From positions 1,103,173 to 1,167,172 of the forward strand of contig JAQGDQ010000007.1 of assembly GCA_030141605.1 (NCBI GenBank): a DNA stretch of 64,000 nucleotides, in the 5' to 3' direction. Each line of letters opens with the position of its first letter. The stretch's first letter is position 1. A program made the position numbers and the translations under genes. The notes under the pieces were generated by a model. It was not told the origin of the DNA. It saw only the letters and a program-made list of their open reading frames with translations, and did no database searches. The stretch is from Tubiluchus corallicola. Lineage: Eukaryota > Animalia > Priapulida. Positions 1-13,753 of this stretch are shown here, piece after piece.

Positions 1-1474
1 GCAGATGCACCATGGTAGATAAGTAAGTATTGAAAATCAATAAAGTCATCTGTCATGTCATCTAACTAGGGATCGTTTGCGGGTCTTTAAGTATCCCTAA
101 TTAACCAAATTAGCTGGAATTACTTTATTTTGTGACGCGGGCGATATTGGCACGTAGGTCTTTAATTTAATAAGTTTGATGTCGGTTTTCAGGATAAAAT
201 GTGTCCAAAAGGAAACGAAACAAAGCGCGATTAGACAACTCCCTCAACGTTATTTTCAAAATATACCAAATATAACACTTAAACGTTATTCTGCTAATGC
301 ACCGGTAAATGTAAAAAAGAATTTAGAATTTTTTTTAAATATCTGCTAATCTGGCTCCCATGAAGGAACATTACAGCCACTTCTGTTTTAAGATGACATT
401 TATTAACTTGTTACTTCGGACAAAAGCCACAAAATTGATCATTAACTTGCTGTCTTCAGAAGCAAGCTCATAAGTTTCTGTAGCTGCCTTGCTGTTACTG
501 GCTTTGCTATTTGTAATGCGGTGTTCGGCTTAATTGGATGATAAGTAAAAAAGGTGTCTAAAAATAGGCTAGGTCGACGTCTGAGCTATTGACATTTTGC
601 TTATTGGATACCGCGAATTTATGTTTCAGAAGTGAGTGCTGGGAATCGTGGTTAGATGTCACCTCTACTCCCTTGGCGGGATGTCATTGTGAAAACCGAA
701 GAAATAACAGGTGCCTTCGAATTCAATACGAAATGCGTGCCAATCCTTGTGTCAGTGAGTGTAACTAAAGATTTTCCATATTGCTAATACAGTATGCTGT
801 ATGTCGAGAACAAAAGAAACCAATGAATGAAATACAGTCCCATGCTAATATTGAATTATTGGAGTAGTTAAATTGCACAGTATTGTCTGTAAAACCCATG
901 TATCTCCATGCTTGTCAATTAAATCTATCCATCTGTCCACTTGAAGTGAAACTTTTGTCTTGCAAGAAACGGTGCTTTGCTACAAGCCAAAATCTCCAGT
1001 CGATTAGCTTATGCGAGAAAAATGGCGAAAAAATAAGATGAAGTTAGATTCGACTCATTTGCCTATGCTATGATAGGCATATTTTCCGCCTCATAGCAAT
1101 TCTTAATCTTACACCTCTCTAACACTAAAGCTTAAAAATACTTGGCACAATTAAAAGTTAACAGAATTCTACTACATTTTCGCGAATATTTACACAGAAT
1201 CAATTTAAAACTTTAAACTATGTAATAACCCGTATAACTGAGATTTGAAAAAATAAAACATATATTGTTTGATTTGTTTACAGTCCCTGATAGAGCCCTT
1301 AGGAGGGAGAAACAGTGTAGGACAATAATAAAGATGACTGTTAAATGAGACTGCACTAATTGCTGCAACAATAAAAAGTGTGTACGTCCTCTGACGTCTG
1401 GTGTATATACTAAATATTTATGTGTTAATTATCAAGTTTCTGTTTTTTGCGAAATAAATTATTGCTTTTTTCAG

Positions 1475-4400
1475 AATTAGCACAACCTGAGGGTTACACT
1501 TTCGAAAGTCTTTATACATTTCCTCTTTTTACTTTTCCAACTACTTCAACGGGCTCTCCGCTTTCTGGCAATGTTCTTCCTTCCCTTGATAATGTGGTAA
1601 CAGCAATTCCTGCGGACTATAGAATAGATCATGATACCGACGACGAGGAGGGTGATCAATTTGACGGAGAACCAAGTGGGGATAATGAACCGGACTATGA
1701 TGAGATCGTTTTTAAATGCATGTCACACGAATGCAAAAATGATACATCGATTTCCTTAAATAAAGATGAATACAACATCTACGACGACTTTGAAACAGAA
1801 GTATCCCATTACGAGAAAACTAGTAGAGTCACACCTTCTGCAGGAGCAGCATCTGAGAAAGTCAATAATAGCAAAACTTCATCCCCAGCTTTAATCACTG
1901 CAACAAAAACGGAAGAAGACGCCGACAATTTCATATTCTTACCACCTAATGTAGCTACAGTTGCTGCTGCAACTACTGCTGGCATTACTGCGTTTCTTCC
2001 AGCTAAAACGCCCGCTAATGCCATTACGACGACCACTGCAACGACTACTACTGCTACCACCATTCCCTCTACTACTGCAAAAGCCAAAACACTGAAAGCC
2101 ACAGAAGCAGCAACCACCAAAAGGCCAGCGAGAGTAGTCCAATTTCCTTGGAGAATTGTTACTGAGACAAAACGTCCTTTCAAAAACAACATAGAGACCC
2201 TTGAACATTCACTTGAAGGGAAGCCAATTGGTAAGCCTTATTAGTTGAACTTGCCATAATCCTTTAAAGTACTGCGTGACGAAGCACAAAATTCGTTTTC
2301 AAAGGTCTGATCTGTCAGAGGTTTGGCCTGTGCCTAGTCTGTTTATGGTCTGTTTCAGAAGCCTAGTCTGTCGTTATTCAAGTTTACCTGATACATGATC
2401 TGATCTGTGGCTGTTCTGTCTGTGGTCTGACCTTCAGAGATCTAATCTATAAAATCTCGGGCGTTAGACTAGGGTTAGGCAGTCTACAGACCAGACCACT
2501 GGCAGACAATATCTTAAACAGAACAAAATTCACACAGGCCAAACACAGACCAGACCAGACGAGTCACAGCTCCAACCTCATCTTGAACGGAAAGAAACTG
2601 ACAAGCCCAATAAGTATAGCAAATCTAGACCACAGCAAGGCCCATCTACAGTCAGCGACTAACCTTTCGTTTATTACATAATGTTTCACTTTTGTTGCAT
2701 AATGATTGCTATAAAATGACGCAAAATTTATTACATAGTAATAAATTTACTATGTAATAGTAAATTTACATAGTAATAAATTTGTTACATAATGTTTTGT
2801 GATTTGTTACATAATGCTGTCTTATTACATAATGTGCTTTTTGTTACGTAAATAACTTTAACAAAGCCTCTTGCTTTTTCAGAAGTCATTTTATCTGTGT
2901 CAAAGTTGAAATACAGTTACTTGTTTAAATGCGTCGTTATATAATTCCAGCTTTTGTACGAGAATTTGCGTAGTTTGCAAAAAAACTTTTGGTTTATGAA
3001 TAACAACTGGTGTACATAAAACAGATTTTTTTAATTTGTTCAAAATCTCTGCATCTAAAAGTAATTCCTAATCGTAACTGTTTAAACAACTAAAAGAAAA
3101 AGACATATTATACAAAATGTTAAAATTAATAGAAAATTAATTTGTTTGCCAGCAGCTTCAACCCACGCGTCACATAGTAAAAAATCTTCAGGCTCCTTCA
3201 GTGATGACGGTTCTGGCTCTGGATTTTACAACGGGGAACTGGACTTTGCTCTATTTAATGAGACCAATGGAACATTTTACATGTTGTTGAATGATTCCGA
3301 ACTATTTGGAAATGAAACTTCAGACGAATTTGTAGAAACTACAGTACTTCTGCCGTCAAGTACGACTACGATATTTTTGGATTTGTGTAGATGTTAAATT
3401 TATGTTTTTTGTTTTCTAATTTTCTTTTTTACGCATTTTGTTACTTTGTTTTCTTGCATCCTTTTCAAGTTTATATATTTTTTGTATTTTTTTAATATTT
3501 TTGTACTGCCTACAATACCAAAATTGTGATAATGATGACAATATTGATGTGACGATGACAAAGATGATTGTGATGACGACGACGACCACGATGGTGGTGG
3601 TAATGATGATGATGATGGCGATGATGATGATGATGATGACAATGATGATAATGATGATAAGTATGATAAAGATGATGACGATGATTACAAGATGATAATA
3701 ATGATGATTATAGCCTCAATGTAGCCAATTTTGTAGAAAAATCACATTCCAAATTTCAAAGCCGCTTTTCAAATGTAATCTATATACTGCTCTTTCTATC
3801 CTATAAGATCAAATGCGGATCTTGAATTGATATGTGTACTGCCAATGTGCTTTAATAGAAGAATTAGCCCACAAAATACTTTTCTTGATAATTTGTTTTG
3901 ATAAGACAATGACACAACCGACCTCTATAAGTCAATTTGTTGATGAAGGTTAATCATATTCTTCCCAGTGTCAGGCGCGTCCGCTTGCGTTAAAACAAGG
4001 TTATTAAGAAAATTAAGCTGGTTTCTAGTAACAGTAAATTTATCTCGTACATATCGATTTCTCATTTTGATGGTAACTCTTCCTTCCTGACCTACACTCA
4101 CTGATTAATTAATGTTTAAAGAAGTTTGAATAATAGAGGGGAAAGGATTGGAAGATAAGATTATGTACAGGTTATTGCAATGAGCCCTACTTGTGCACAA
4201 GATGCAAAATCTGTCTTCAACAACTTCAACTTGTCTTCATTTTTTTTGGAATCGATCAACACTATTTCGTCAACTGAGCCACACACAGATTTTTAACAAA
4301 CGTGCGTAATTTTTTGCAGATAAATTCATCCTACTCCAGCATGCGGGCTTGGTACAAAAATTAGTAGCATTCATTTTTTCATATGTCATTGTATAACGTT

Positions 4401-7400
4401 TTCCGAGATTATCGCTTCATACAAAAACTGTCATATGGGAACAAATTTTGCCAGAGACGATTTGCGCCAGACAGTTTTTTACTATATGCGAATAGTGTCG
4501 CCATTAAAAAAGTTTGTAGTGTCAGTGTTAGTGGTGCCCCAGGCTTTTCATGTCTGTATTTAATCCAGAACCTTTTCAAAATATTTTTGAATTTGCAACA
4601 TAATCAGTGCAGTCTTCGTTTTTGTGATCATTACACACAAGTCTATCATAGATCTATCACTGTAAAAAGAAAATGGCAGTTGGCTTATTAACTAATGGGG
4701 AGTTGGCTTATTAAAATGCATTTTAGGTTGTTTACACCCTTACTTTTCCTTCAATGAAACCTTTATGACCTCCCAGTACGAAACAGCTACACCAGCACGA
4801 TCTTAAAAGGCAAATACTATGCACGTAGGCTGGGGAATCAGATGCGTGATGGTCCCACGCCAATGATAATTAACCAGCAAAATAAAGTGTGCCACATAAA
4901 TTTATGAATTTCAGAAGTGTCCTGTTTAGAAGCTTTAGAAAAGTGCAGCAATGATACCGTGTGTGCTAAAAAGTTCAGCGCCGTGATTACCGCTTGCCCT
5001 ACAGGACAGGAATGTCCGGCTGAGGATAGTCTTCTGTGCAGACAGCGAGTTCATGAATTCTATGAGCTAGTTGATCCTTTTTTCACGCATGACATGGTGT
5101 TTTGTGAATGTGATGAGCCCGAAGGCAACGAGACACTGAGTGGTTGTGACACAGTGAAAAATAGCTTTCTTCCACATTGTGCCATAGATATTGTGCCTGT
5201 TCCAACTTGTTTGAAGATATACAGTGACTGCGACTACGGAGTGTCTTGTAGGTGGGTATCAGCTATCAATGGCGTATTTTGTTGCTCGAATTTAGGCGTA
5301 GTTGTCGCATGATGAAATATTGCCTTGGGTGTCGTTTAAAATAATGGGGATACCGCATTCACAATGATTATTAGATGTCGCATGGGTGGAAGGAAAGATT
5401 TTCCATGTTGTTAATTGTGCAATAATCATAATTATTGTACAGTTATGTACATGTATTAAATTTTTAATTAAAGCTTTTAATAACATAATTTAAACAGCAC
5501 AAGGAAGGTAGCCTTCGACAGTTAATATAAGTACCTCAGATTTTGGTGGGGTTTTTAGCTGCTGTGCTAGCTGGACCCAGATAAAAATGAAATATTGTGA
5601 AGCATGGTCTGCTTAAAACCACTTACTTTGTAGAAGAAACTTCAAATTTTTGCGTTGCTTCAATTTAATTAAATTTTAAATCGGCAATTTTACTTAATGG
5701 GACTACGTCACATTTGGGACAAGTGGAACAGGTTGACAGTCACTGTGAGTGCTTAGGGACAGGTTGAGTAACACCAAGCCTGTTCAGTGAATAGATAGGT
5801 TACTACTGGAAAAATGCTCTTCTGGGAGATTTCATTTGCCTTACTGTCCCTGGCCTTGAGGGAACACGTATTTACATCCAAATGTTGTGTCTAGGATAAT
5901 TTCTGGTGATATAGGTATGGTCTCGCAACAACTACCAACATTAAAAGGGCTATGTCTTGAGAACCGGTCTCTGCTTGCAGAATACTGATCGGTATAAAAA
6001 GCTGTTGCTATATTCTGACATTAATATTTCAAACTTATTATAGTTCAAACTTGCAGCACACAAGGATCTATACATCATAACATAAGTGTCAGTGAATAAT
6101 AATTATTACTAAGCTCAATATTTTACAGTCTGAATAAAAAAATCAACCTTACAGGCAATACAATTTACGGTAATAACAGAATATCATTTATTTTCTTTTT
6201 TTCTGTTTTGATTTCCTGTCTTTTTTGGCAGCTGGTGACTTCCCTTTCCTCTTCTTTTTCTTGTAAGGTCCCAAATGTTTGCGCACCATCACTCCTCTCC
6301 AAAAAGCTTGTATTTTAATTGTGTATTTTAGTAACAGGGCTTGTTGTTCTGATTCTTTTTTAGCAAGTTCTTTTGCTGCTTCATCCTCATCTATCAATTT
6401 TAAACGCCTTTCATATTCTTGTGACAAGTCATAATATTTTTTCAGTGTTGTTTCTTGATTTTGTTTAATAACTTCCATATTATTTTCCATTTCGTCTATG
6501 TCATGATCATATTTGTCCATCCAGTAATCTAGTTGCTTTTCTACTTCTTGCAGATTGTCGCGTAAATAGTCTTCGAATTCTAAACTGACTCGTGATTCAT
6601 CACCCATGTCACGTCTTATTTTATCATTCTGATCTTTTAATTTATTTTGAGCTTTAAGGCACTCCTGCTTGCACTGATACTCTTGATTGTCAGATCTAGC
6701 AGTTACATATTTTGACTCCATAGCTGATCTATCCTTTGTTTCCTGAATACTGTCCTTAACTTTTGCAATAGTGTCAGCAGCTTCTTCCAAGTTTCTCTTT
6801 GTCTCCTCTTTAAGTGATACAATCTCGTTGCGTAGAGTTTCTATTTCCATTCTGCATTGTTCTTCTCTTGCTATCGTGTTTTTGAAATGATCTCTTCTGT
6901 CACGCTCTTCTTTTAAACGATTAACGAGAGATTTGCACGTGCCGCTTTCACTAAGTTCAGCCAACACCAGTGACAAAGCATCCTCAACAAACGTTCTGTC
7001 AACTTGAACCTTTAAGAGTGACTCTAACTGTGTATGATCATGAACTGAACCCTTTGGCAACAATATGCTAGGTTCAAAATCTTCCACTGGTGGCGAAGTG
7101 TTGGCACTTTTTCCGTCTGTTGTAATATTTGAACCCATTCTTTTAAACACCAAATCGGCACGTTTTTGATCTTGTATTACGTTGTCAAACGATAGTCCTC
7201 CCAATTCGTAAGAATTCTTGGCGGCTCTTCTTGGCAAAATACATCCTAAAATGTGTAACTGATCAATGCACACCTCAAGTACAGTGCATACATCACGAAT
7301 TTCAGCACCTGTTGCCATCATTAATACAACAAAAGAAACATTGCAAATCGCGCTCGCTCTGTGATAATAATTTAAAGATAGAGTTTCAAATATGCAAGGT

Positions 7401-8640
7401 TATTATTCACAAAATTCCCTTTCGCTTAGCGCTCACAGCTGACACGACGGCAAGTATGAACTACAGTTGGTAGGATTCTCAAAAGCAATTAACACGAAGT
7501 AGTGCAGATAAACATTAACGTTGCCATGCAACCAGGCACGCCACAAACATAACTACGAGTATTTTGCTTCACGTTGCTTTTCATTGCAATGATGATGGTA
7601 TAGTAGGGTTGGTTAGGATGTTGTTGTTACTTGAGTTTGACGTAGTGAGCTTTGAATCAAAGGTCAAATTTCACCAAAAGCTAAATTTTTATGGCAGCCA
7701 AATTACAATATCGCTTTAACCTAGTATGGGCATTCGAAGATTTTTAGAGCTGGCCATGAAATTAACAGGAAGAACAGGTACATTGAAATATTGTGCCATT
7801 TTATGGAGCGTCAACTTATATGGAACAGAAGTTTCCGGGTGCATTTTTGCATGCAAAAAATCAGCACTACGCACGAAGCTTTACAAACTAAAAACTACCG
7901 AAACACGACAGTAGATACTGTACATTATTTTCTACGTTTGTGCTCAGAAAATTTAGGAAAATATCGAAGTTAACAAATGCACCTCATGCTAAATTTACTA
8001 AATTTAATAAAACGCATACCATAGTAGTATTTCGCCCAAATCGCGAAAATGGTTAAATTGTACTGCCCAGAGTGTTGTTTTCACTATTTATTCAGGTCAT
8101 TTGTTTTCCAATTTTTTAATCCACAGGTTTCTAAATTATAGTTATTTTGTTGAACCTACATGAATGGTAAGCTATGCATGCACGAAATTCAGAGTAACAA
8201 CAATCAGCACCAAAGAGTCTAAAATGAACGTCTATTGCTACTTACACTTTTCTGTAGGGAAAAACTACAGATTTACCGGAAATACTGTAAAGTCGATGCG
8301 GACGGCACAGGTTGTGAGAGCGATGTGGCCGATTGTCGAAACGCGTTGGTGAAACTGATTGGAACGGAAATGGGCGCACGCAACTGCACGTGTGAAGACG
8401 TCGACAACAAGGGAGAATGTTTGGACATTCAGAATCTTATGTTCGACAATGCTTGCAGAGGTGCAGTAATAGTGCAGTGAAATGAAATAACTAGCAATCA
8501 CCAATTTTACTGTAACTTAAACGCAAAAATATTAATTTGTAATTTGAAGGAAATGATTGATTAGACTTACACATATTTAAAAGCTACGTGCTAATTACAA
8601 TGATGAAATTTAATTCATTTATTGTTAATCAAAAATAGAC

Positions 8641-8702
<62 letters not shown>

Positions 8703-11700
8703 TGGTGTGCGCGTGCGCGTGCGTGTGCGTGTGCGTGGTAGAAAAACATTATGCACCAAAAATACCTGGTTTCAGTCAAGATTCTACGATTCTGAATATT
8801 ATGATATTTCTTTCAAATAGTTTAGTAATTTTGGAGGACATTTCTTGTTTTGTATAATTATTGTTGTGCAGTTTTACTAATTGCGTACTAAAGCTTGACA
8901 TTTAATTACCTGTTAATTAAATGTGCGTCAAATGAGGTGATATTCATTTGAATCACCAATACAGCCTTCGTGGCACGTGTTGTCATAAAAGAACTGTGAA
9001 ACCAGCGCTATTCAGAAGTAAGTATAACTCCACATTGTGGGAGAAGAAAGAGGATAGGGTGACGTAGTAACAGCTTCCTAAACAATATAATGTTTTTATT
9101 CTAGAAGTCAAGTAAATTTTTAAAAGGTCTTATGTAAGCAGAGCCTACAGTACAATGATTACGTATTTACAAGAAAGCCAAATATGTAACGAATTAACAG
9201 ACCGAATTAATTAGAAAAGGAGGAGATACAGCACAAAGTATCGCTAAGTGTTTGTAAATAAAGTTAAGGTAATTGGACAGCTTTACGCATTAAGAGAAGG
9301 CTTGTTATGGTACACTGATAAACTTTCTTTTATTAATAAATCCCAGTAATTTGCAGCATTGGTCACAATGCTGAAATTATAAAAATAAGCCTATAGCTAG
9401 CGGCACAGATATGGTTATGAATGTTAGACTGAAGAGGACTTTTTCTAATTTCTTGCCTGTTCTAGACTGCACAGATATTCATATATTCTTACTTTAAAAT
9501 GTCTGGATGGTTTGCCATTGTAGGCAGTATTGCAGCTGCCACACTGAAATGTATAAACAATACCAAACTATAAGAATGTGGGTACTTTGTCTTTAAATGG
9601 AAAGAAAGAGCTTTTAATAAGAAATGGGTAACTGAATATGAGGGTAAAGTTCGTAAAATTCAGTAATAGCTATACTTTAAAATACAGTAATATCTCATAT
9701 CTCTATCTCTATCTCTATCTTTACTATCAATAATAGCTATACTATCTCTTTCTTTTCAATAGGTCTGTTAATTCATTACCTATTTGACTTCCTTGGAAAT
9801 ACATAATTAGTGAATTTCTGTACTGTAGGCTGTGCCTATATAACTGGCTGTTTGTTTGTGTAATCTATCACTGGTGATGACTGCAGGGTGCAGTGGAAAC
9901 GTATGTGAAACGCTTTTTAATATTTCATGAGATTTTAATAAAAGTTGTTTTCTTTTTATGATATTCTAAAATTATTGTTACTTTCCTACTCTAATTGTTT
10001 TTGAAGAAGAAATAGTTGAACTGTACAATAATACATATGTAACAAAATGGAATAGTAAGAATGTTTAAATTGCTTTTTGTAGAGGAGGCGCACGACACAT
10101 ACTACTTGAACAGGATTATATCTCGAGTACTCACAACTACCACCACAACTACTACTACACCTGCGCCAACAACAACAATGTTAACTACAACCTTCTACAA
10201 TGGAACCACTTTTGACAACGGAACGTATGAAGGTCTTGAAAACGAAACTGATACAAGTAATGAAACGGTAGATATCTTGACTTATATTGCAACTTTTAAT
10301 ACCTTAATTTGGCATTATAACGGACTTCTTAAATTGAACCTTAGTAAAATTGAAAAAACTTTTATTATATGAAAAATAAAATTTGGCTCTGTCATGCTTT
10401 TTATCGAAGTTCAAATTCGACCAACAGCGTACTTTTACTGTAAGTATTTTGCAACAACTATCTTGCAATCTGTGACAATTTCGATAAGTAAGGATTCTCT
10501 TACATTTGTTAGGACTTAGATTTAAGTATGTTTACGTTTTTTACAGATTTATGAGGTTACTATCAAACCAACTAATTTGCCAGTCTACAGCAGTGTTTCA
10601 CCAGTAGAGCCATTACCAGTACCACCACCAAAGGCTAATGGATCCACGTCCTTTGTCAATATCACGGGTGGCGACACAACAGTGATGCCAACTACAACAG
10701 TCAGTACCACTACTACAACGACTATGCCTACAACGACTACCCCACGGCCAATATATGGTTAGTTCCAGCTCTTTGTTAGTACATTTTGCGATAATAACAA
10801 ATTATGCATAACTGGTTGTGCACTTAATCAAAAAGTTATCACAAAGAAAATTATAATTAGCATAGTCAACAAGATGAGGTTTTTCTTGCTAATCTTTCAG
10901 TTTTGATCGCATAAGACGACCAAGAAAATACTGATGATAGTGGTGCTTAGATGCTCCAAATGTGGCAAACAAGTATCACAGTTAAACAGTAATAATTTTG
11001 ATATTTTTCCCTAATTGTAGGTAAAGTGAACATCTTCAATGTAAAACATTTGATTAAAGTTTGTCTATTTGTATAAAGTATTAGTGCAAATACTTTAATA
11101 CATCACAAAAATTATCGTTGCAACACTGTTAAACATAATTTGGTGTAACGTACAATGTACATTTCGTCGTTCTATTTTTTAGATAGCTGTACTCTTCGGA
11201 TAGTGCCACGGGGACCAAGAATAAAGCTGAAAGTTGACGAAGAAGTTCGAATTTATCTAGATAAAACTGCACGTTGCTCAGAGATTCGAAGATGCACCGA
11301 TTCTGGTCATAGTCATACTATAGAAACAATATGTCTCCGAGGAGAAGCCTGTAGACTAAAATATGCTGTTTACAGTATGTATATCTAAAAACTAAATAGC
11401 TGGGTTTATGGCCGAAAAAGATATGACCTCAACTAAGACTTAAACATCGACCCTCTTGTTTTAGACAGTTCCTCTGCAGCAGTTCGTGGAGAAAACCTGC
11501 ATTGTCAAGCAGGACATTAATGCTCAAGTTCTGGCTGAGACACTGATATGTTATAGCTGTCTTTTCGACCCCAACACAATAACGTGATAACCCCTCGTAT
11601 GCCACTTATAAAGTTGAAAAAATGCGTATAAATGCGGAAATGGATTTTTTAATTATATTACAAGCACTTCAAACTGCTTTTCTATTTTCAGCACATGATT

Positions 11701-13753
11701 CTCCCACTTATCGTGCATTTCGGGGTCGCTGCACATGCTTTGAAGGTAGCATCATTTGCGTGAAACCAGATCCAGACGACTACAACACAACAGTTGGTAA
11801 GTTGATGTCAATAACTTTCGTGTTTTTGTCATCACTAAAAATTAGTGGAGCTTGGCAGTTTCTTTCCGATTTTTTGTGGACTTATCCTGCTTGATAATGA
11901 ACACTTGAAAAATAAAACACAAACATGCAAAGTAGTCAGCAATATATAGAAAGCAACAAAAGCATGTGATGGTGGATAAATTATCTTCGCAACATGACTC
12001 TTGACTATTGAGGTCTAAATTTTGATGCGAATCTCAAAAAAATAAATAAATCAGAAAAAAGTACTGTAGTTATAGATAATACAAACTGCATTACTTACTT
12101 TTCCAGGTGTTTATCTGTTTGTTGGCTTTAGTAGTACAGAACTGCGCACTGTTGTGCCTGTGATAGGTGACGTAGACGAAAATAATTTTACTGCTTTACT
12201 CAGCGATTTGCTCAATCACAGTGATGAGGATTTTAATCAGGTAAATTAATTGCCATGTAACATTTTATACCGCATACATCCAGTATATTTGTCACGATGT
12301 ATTAGGTCTATTTAATTTAAATATTGCACATGGCACGTTAATCAACATCTAACCAACGAAAACATTAAATGTGACGTTAAGCATCATAAAGTAATATAAC
12401 TTTAACATGGCACAGCGTAATGTAACGTAACATGGCAGTGCTAATTCTTAAAAACTTAAATGAGTGTGTAAGATAATATAATGTAAATCATAATCCAAAT
12501 AATCTAGTGTCGCATAATGTAACGCACAGTGGGGCAATATTCTGAATATAGCTGAATGAAACGTAACATAATTCTGACGATTTGTAAGAATTAGAAGTAG
12601 ACATTGTGGGAAAATATAATAGGCTTCATTTCAAATTGTGTACTATCTTCCTTTGCAGGTGCCATGCGAGCTGCGGGTGTTTTACAAGTTTCACGATAAT
12701 TATATCTTCAGGGTTTCTTCCGAAAATGACAATTTAACTGACACACCAGAAGATATGAACAGGGTAATTAAGAAAAAAATCTAGTAACTGAGAATTAAAT
12801 TCAGTCGCTAAATTTCTACTTAACCAAAAGCTAGTGAAATTTCGCCATTACTTTAGGCTACCAATTATGCTGAACGCCTGTTGAGACAAGAATGTAGCTC
12901 ATTAACAAGATACACTGTAGATTTTTGAAGTAAAACTTTTTTATGAAATTTAAAACACAAAGTAGGTTTAAAAGACGCTTAATTTCATGTTTTTACTTTT
13001 TATTTTAAAAATTTTACATCAATACAACATAATTATGAAATTTATCTTGGACTGCTTATTTCGGCTACCCTAGCAGCTATCTCTTAGCCAGCTGAAACAG
13101 TCAAAATAAATTTCATAACTATGTTTCTTGCGTGATTGGAATTACATTGCTTCTTATTTTCAATTCTGCCAAATGTGAGTCTATTCAGCGCAAGTTAAAT
13201 GTAAAATTTACGATTTGTTAAAATACGTCACCATAGTATTGCTGAGCAATTAAATGTTTTGCGAAGGACTAACTAGGTCTCATAATATAATTTTAATTTC
13301 AAGATTATCAGTTAACAAAATGAGGCCACAATTACTAAGATTTTCAAAACCAATTAATCAAAAGAAAAATGTGGAAAAATTGGAAGTCAGTTTGGGTTTG
13401 TGCATTTTTCTGTAAGTAAAATCCAATCTAGCAACTAGAGATCCGAACTAAATCCTATATTGCTCAATATATGATTATAATGACTGTAGATTTATTTCCT
13501 CAGTTTCAACAAAACTGGTTGTTTTCAGGAATGCTTGGAACGATTATACGTGTTGGATAATATGATAAATACTCAAAATGTTCGTATAATGAAGCATCCA
13601 CTGCTATCTGTCATCAAACTCTCGGAAGTGCGGGTTAACTTGTCTCTTCTTGATGAGTCTGAGGGCCACCAGATCTCCTTTTCATTTCTTAACTTAATTT
13701 TTAACTTGTGTTTTGTTTGTTTAATAAAAATTATGTGCGAACGCGTGACGTAA
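1475..13753 (+). CDS. GDNF family receptor alpha-like (Gfrl-type) GPI-anchored glycoprotein; 5' exons lie upstream of the window
   Basis: Phase-consistent GT-AG exons: 1475-2230, 3153-3359, 4915-5251, 8258-8460, 10083-10267, 10547-10757, 11183-11374, 11692-11796, 12107-12240, 12659-12763, 13529-13753. Two GFRa/GAS1-type Cys domains (SCLEALEKCSNDTVC..FCEC..C..FLPHC; CLKIYSDC..CREKLQIYRKYC..CRNALVKLIGTEMGARNCTC..C..FDNAC), Thr-rich mucin stalks, and a hydrophobic C-terminal GPI-type tail. Confidence 0.8.
2300..2650. mobile_element. Decayed MITE-like element with inverted short repeats
   Basis: Left arm rich in ggtctg/tctgt units, right arm rich in the complementary cagacc/acaga units, with a central 'gttagactagggttagg'. 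Confidence 0.4.
2665..2855. repeat. Short interspersed 'ttacataatg' repeat cluster (probable MITE remnant)
   Basis: Multiple copies of (tta)ttacataatg / acatagtaataaattt. Confidence 0.45.
3527..3710. repeat. Imperfect (GAT)n microsatellite
   Basis: Visible gatgatgat runs in a Gfrl-like intron. Confidence 0.9.
6188..7321 (-). CDS. IQCG: IQ motif-containing protein G / dynein regulatory complex subunit 9; intronless, nested antisense in a Gfrl-like intron
   Basis: 377-aa single ORF. N-terminal 'CTVLEVCIDQLHILGCILP', long coiled coil, 'DYWMDKYDHD', IQ motif 'IKIQAFWRGVMVRK', Lys-rich tail; all recalled as typical of IQCG/DRC9. Confidence 0.88.
   Translation of the reverse strand: MMATGAEIRDVCTVLEVCIDQLHILGCILPRRAAKNSYELGGLSFDNVIQDQKRADLVFKRMGSNITTDGKSANTSPPVEDFEPSILLPKGSVHDHTQLESLLKVQVDRTFVEDALSLVLAELSESGTCKSLVNRLKEERDRRDHFKNTIAREEQCRMEIETLRNEIVSLKEETKRNLEEAADTIAKVKDSIQETKDRSAMESKYVTARSDNQEYQCKQECLKAQNKLKDQNDKIRRDMGDESRVSLEFEDYLRDNLQEVEKQLDYWMDKYDHDIDEMENNMEVIKQNQETTLKKYYDLSQEYERRLKLIDEDEAAKELAKKESEQQALLLKYTIKIQAFWRGVMVRKHLGPYKKKKRKGKSPAAKKDRKSKQKKRK
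7508..7532 (-). promoter_or_regulatory. Forkhead (FOXJ1-type) motif and RFX X-box-like motif upstream of IQCG
   Basis: ATAAACA at 7508-7514 and GTTGCCATGCAAC at 7520-7532 (one base shorter than the GTTGCCATGGCAAC consensus), about 200 bp upstream of the IQCG ATG. Confidence 0.55.
8644..8737. repeat. (GT)n microsatellite
   Basis: Long gtgtgt run followed by gcgt variants. Confidence 0.95.

Noticed and set aside
1-28. Possible end of an upstream Gfrl-like exon (donors gtagat / gtaagt)
   Set aside because: Too little sequence to fix the frame or the donor.
1809-2208. Antisense hydrophobic ORFs (also 45103-45767, 46221-46541, 51578-51793, 17752-18917)
   Set aside because: Shadow frames of Thr/Asp-rich exons or of the LINE ORFs.
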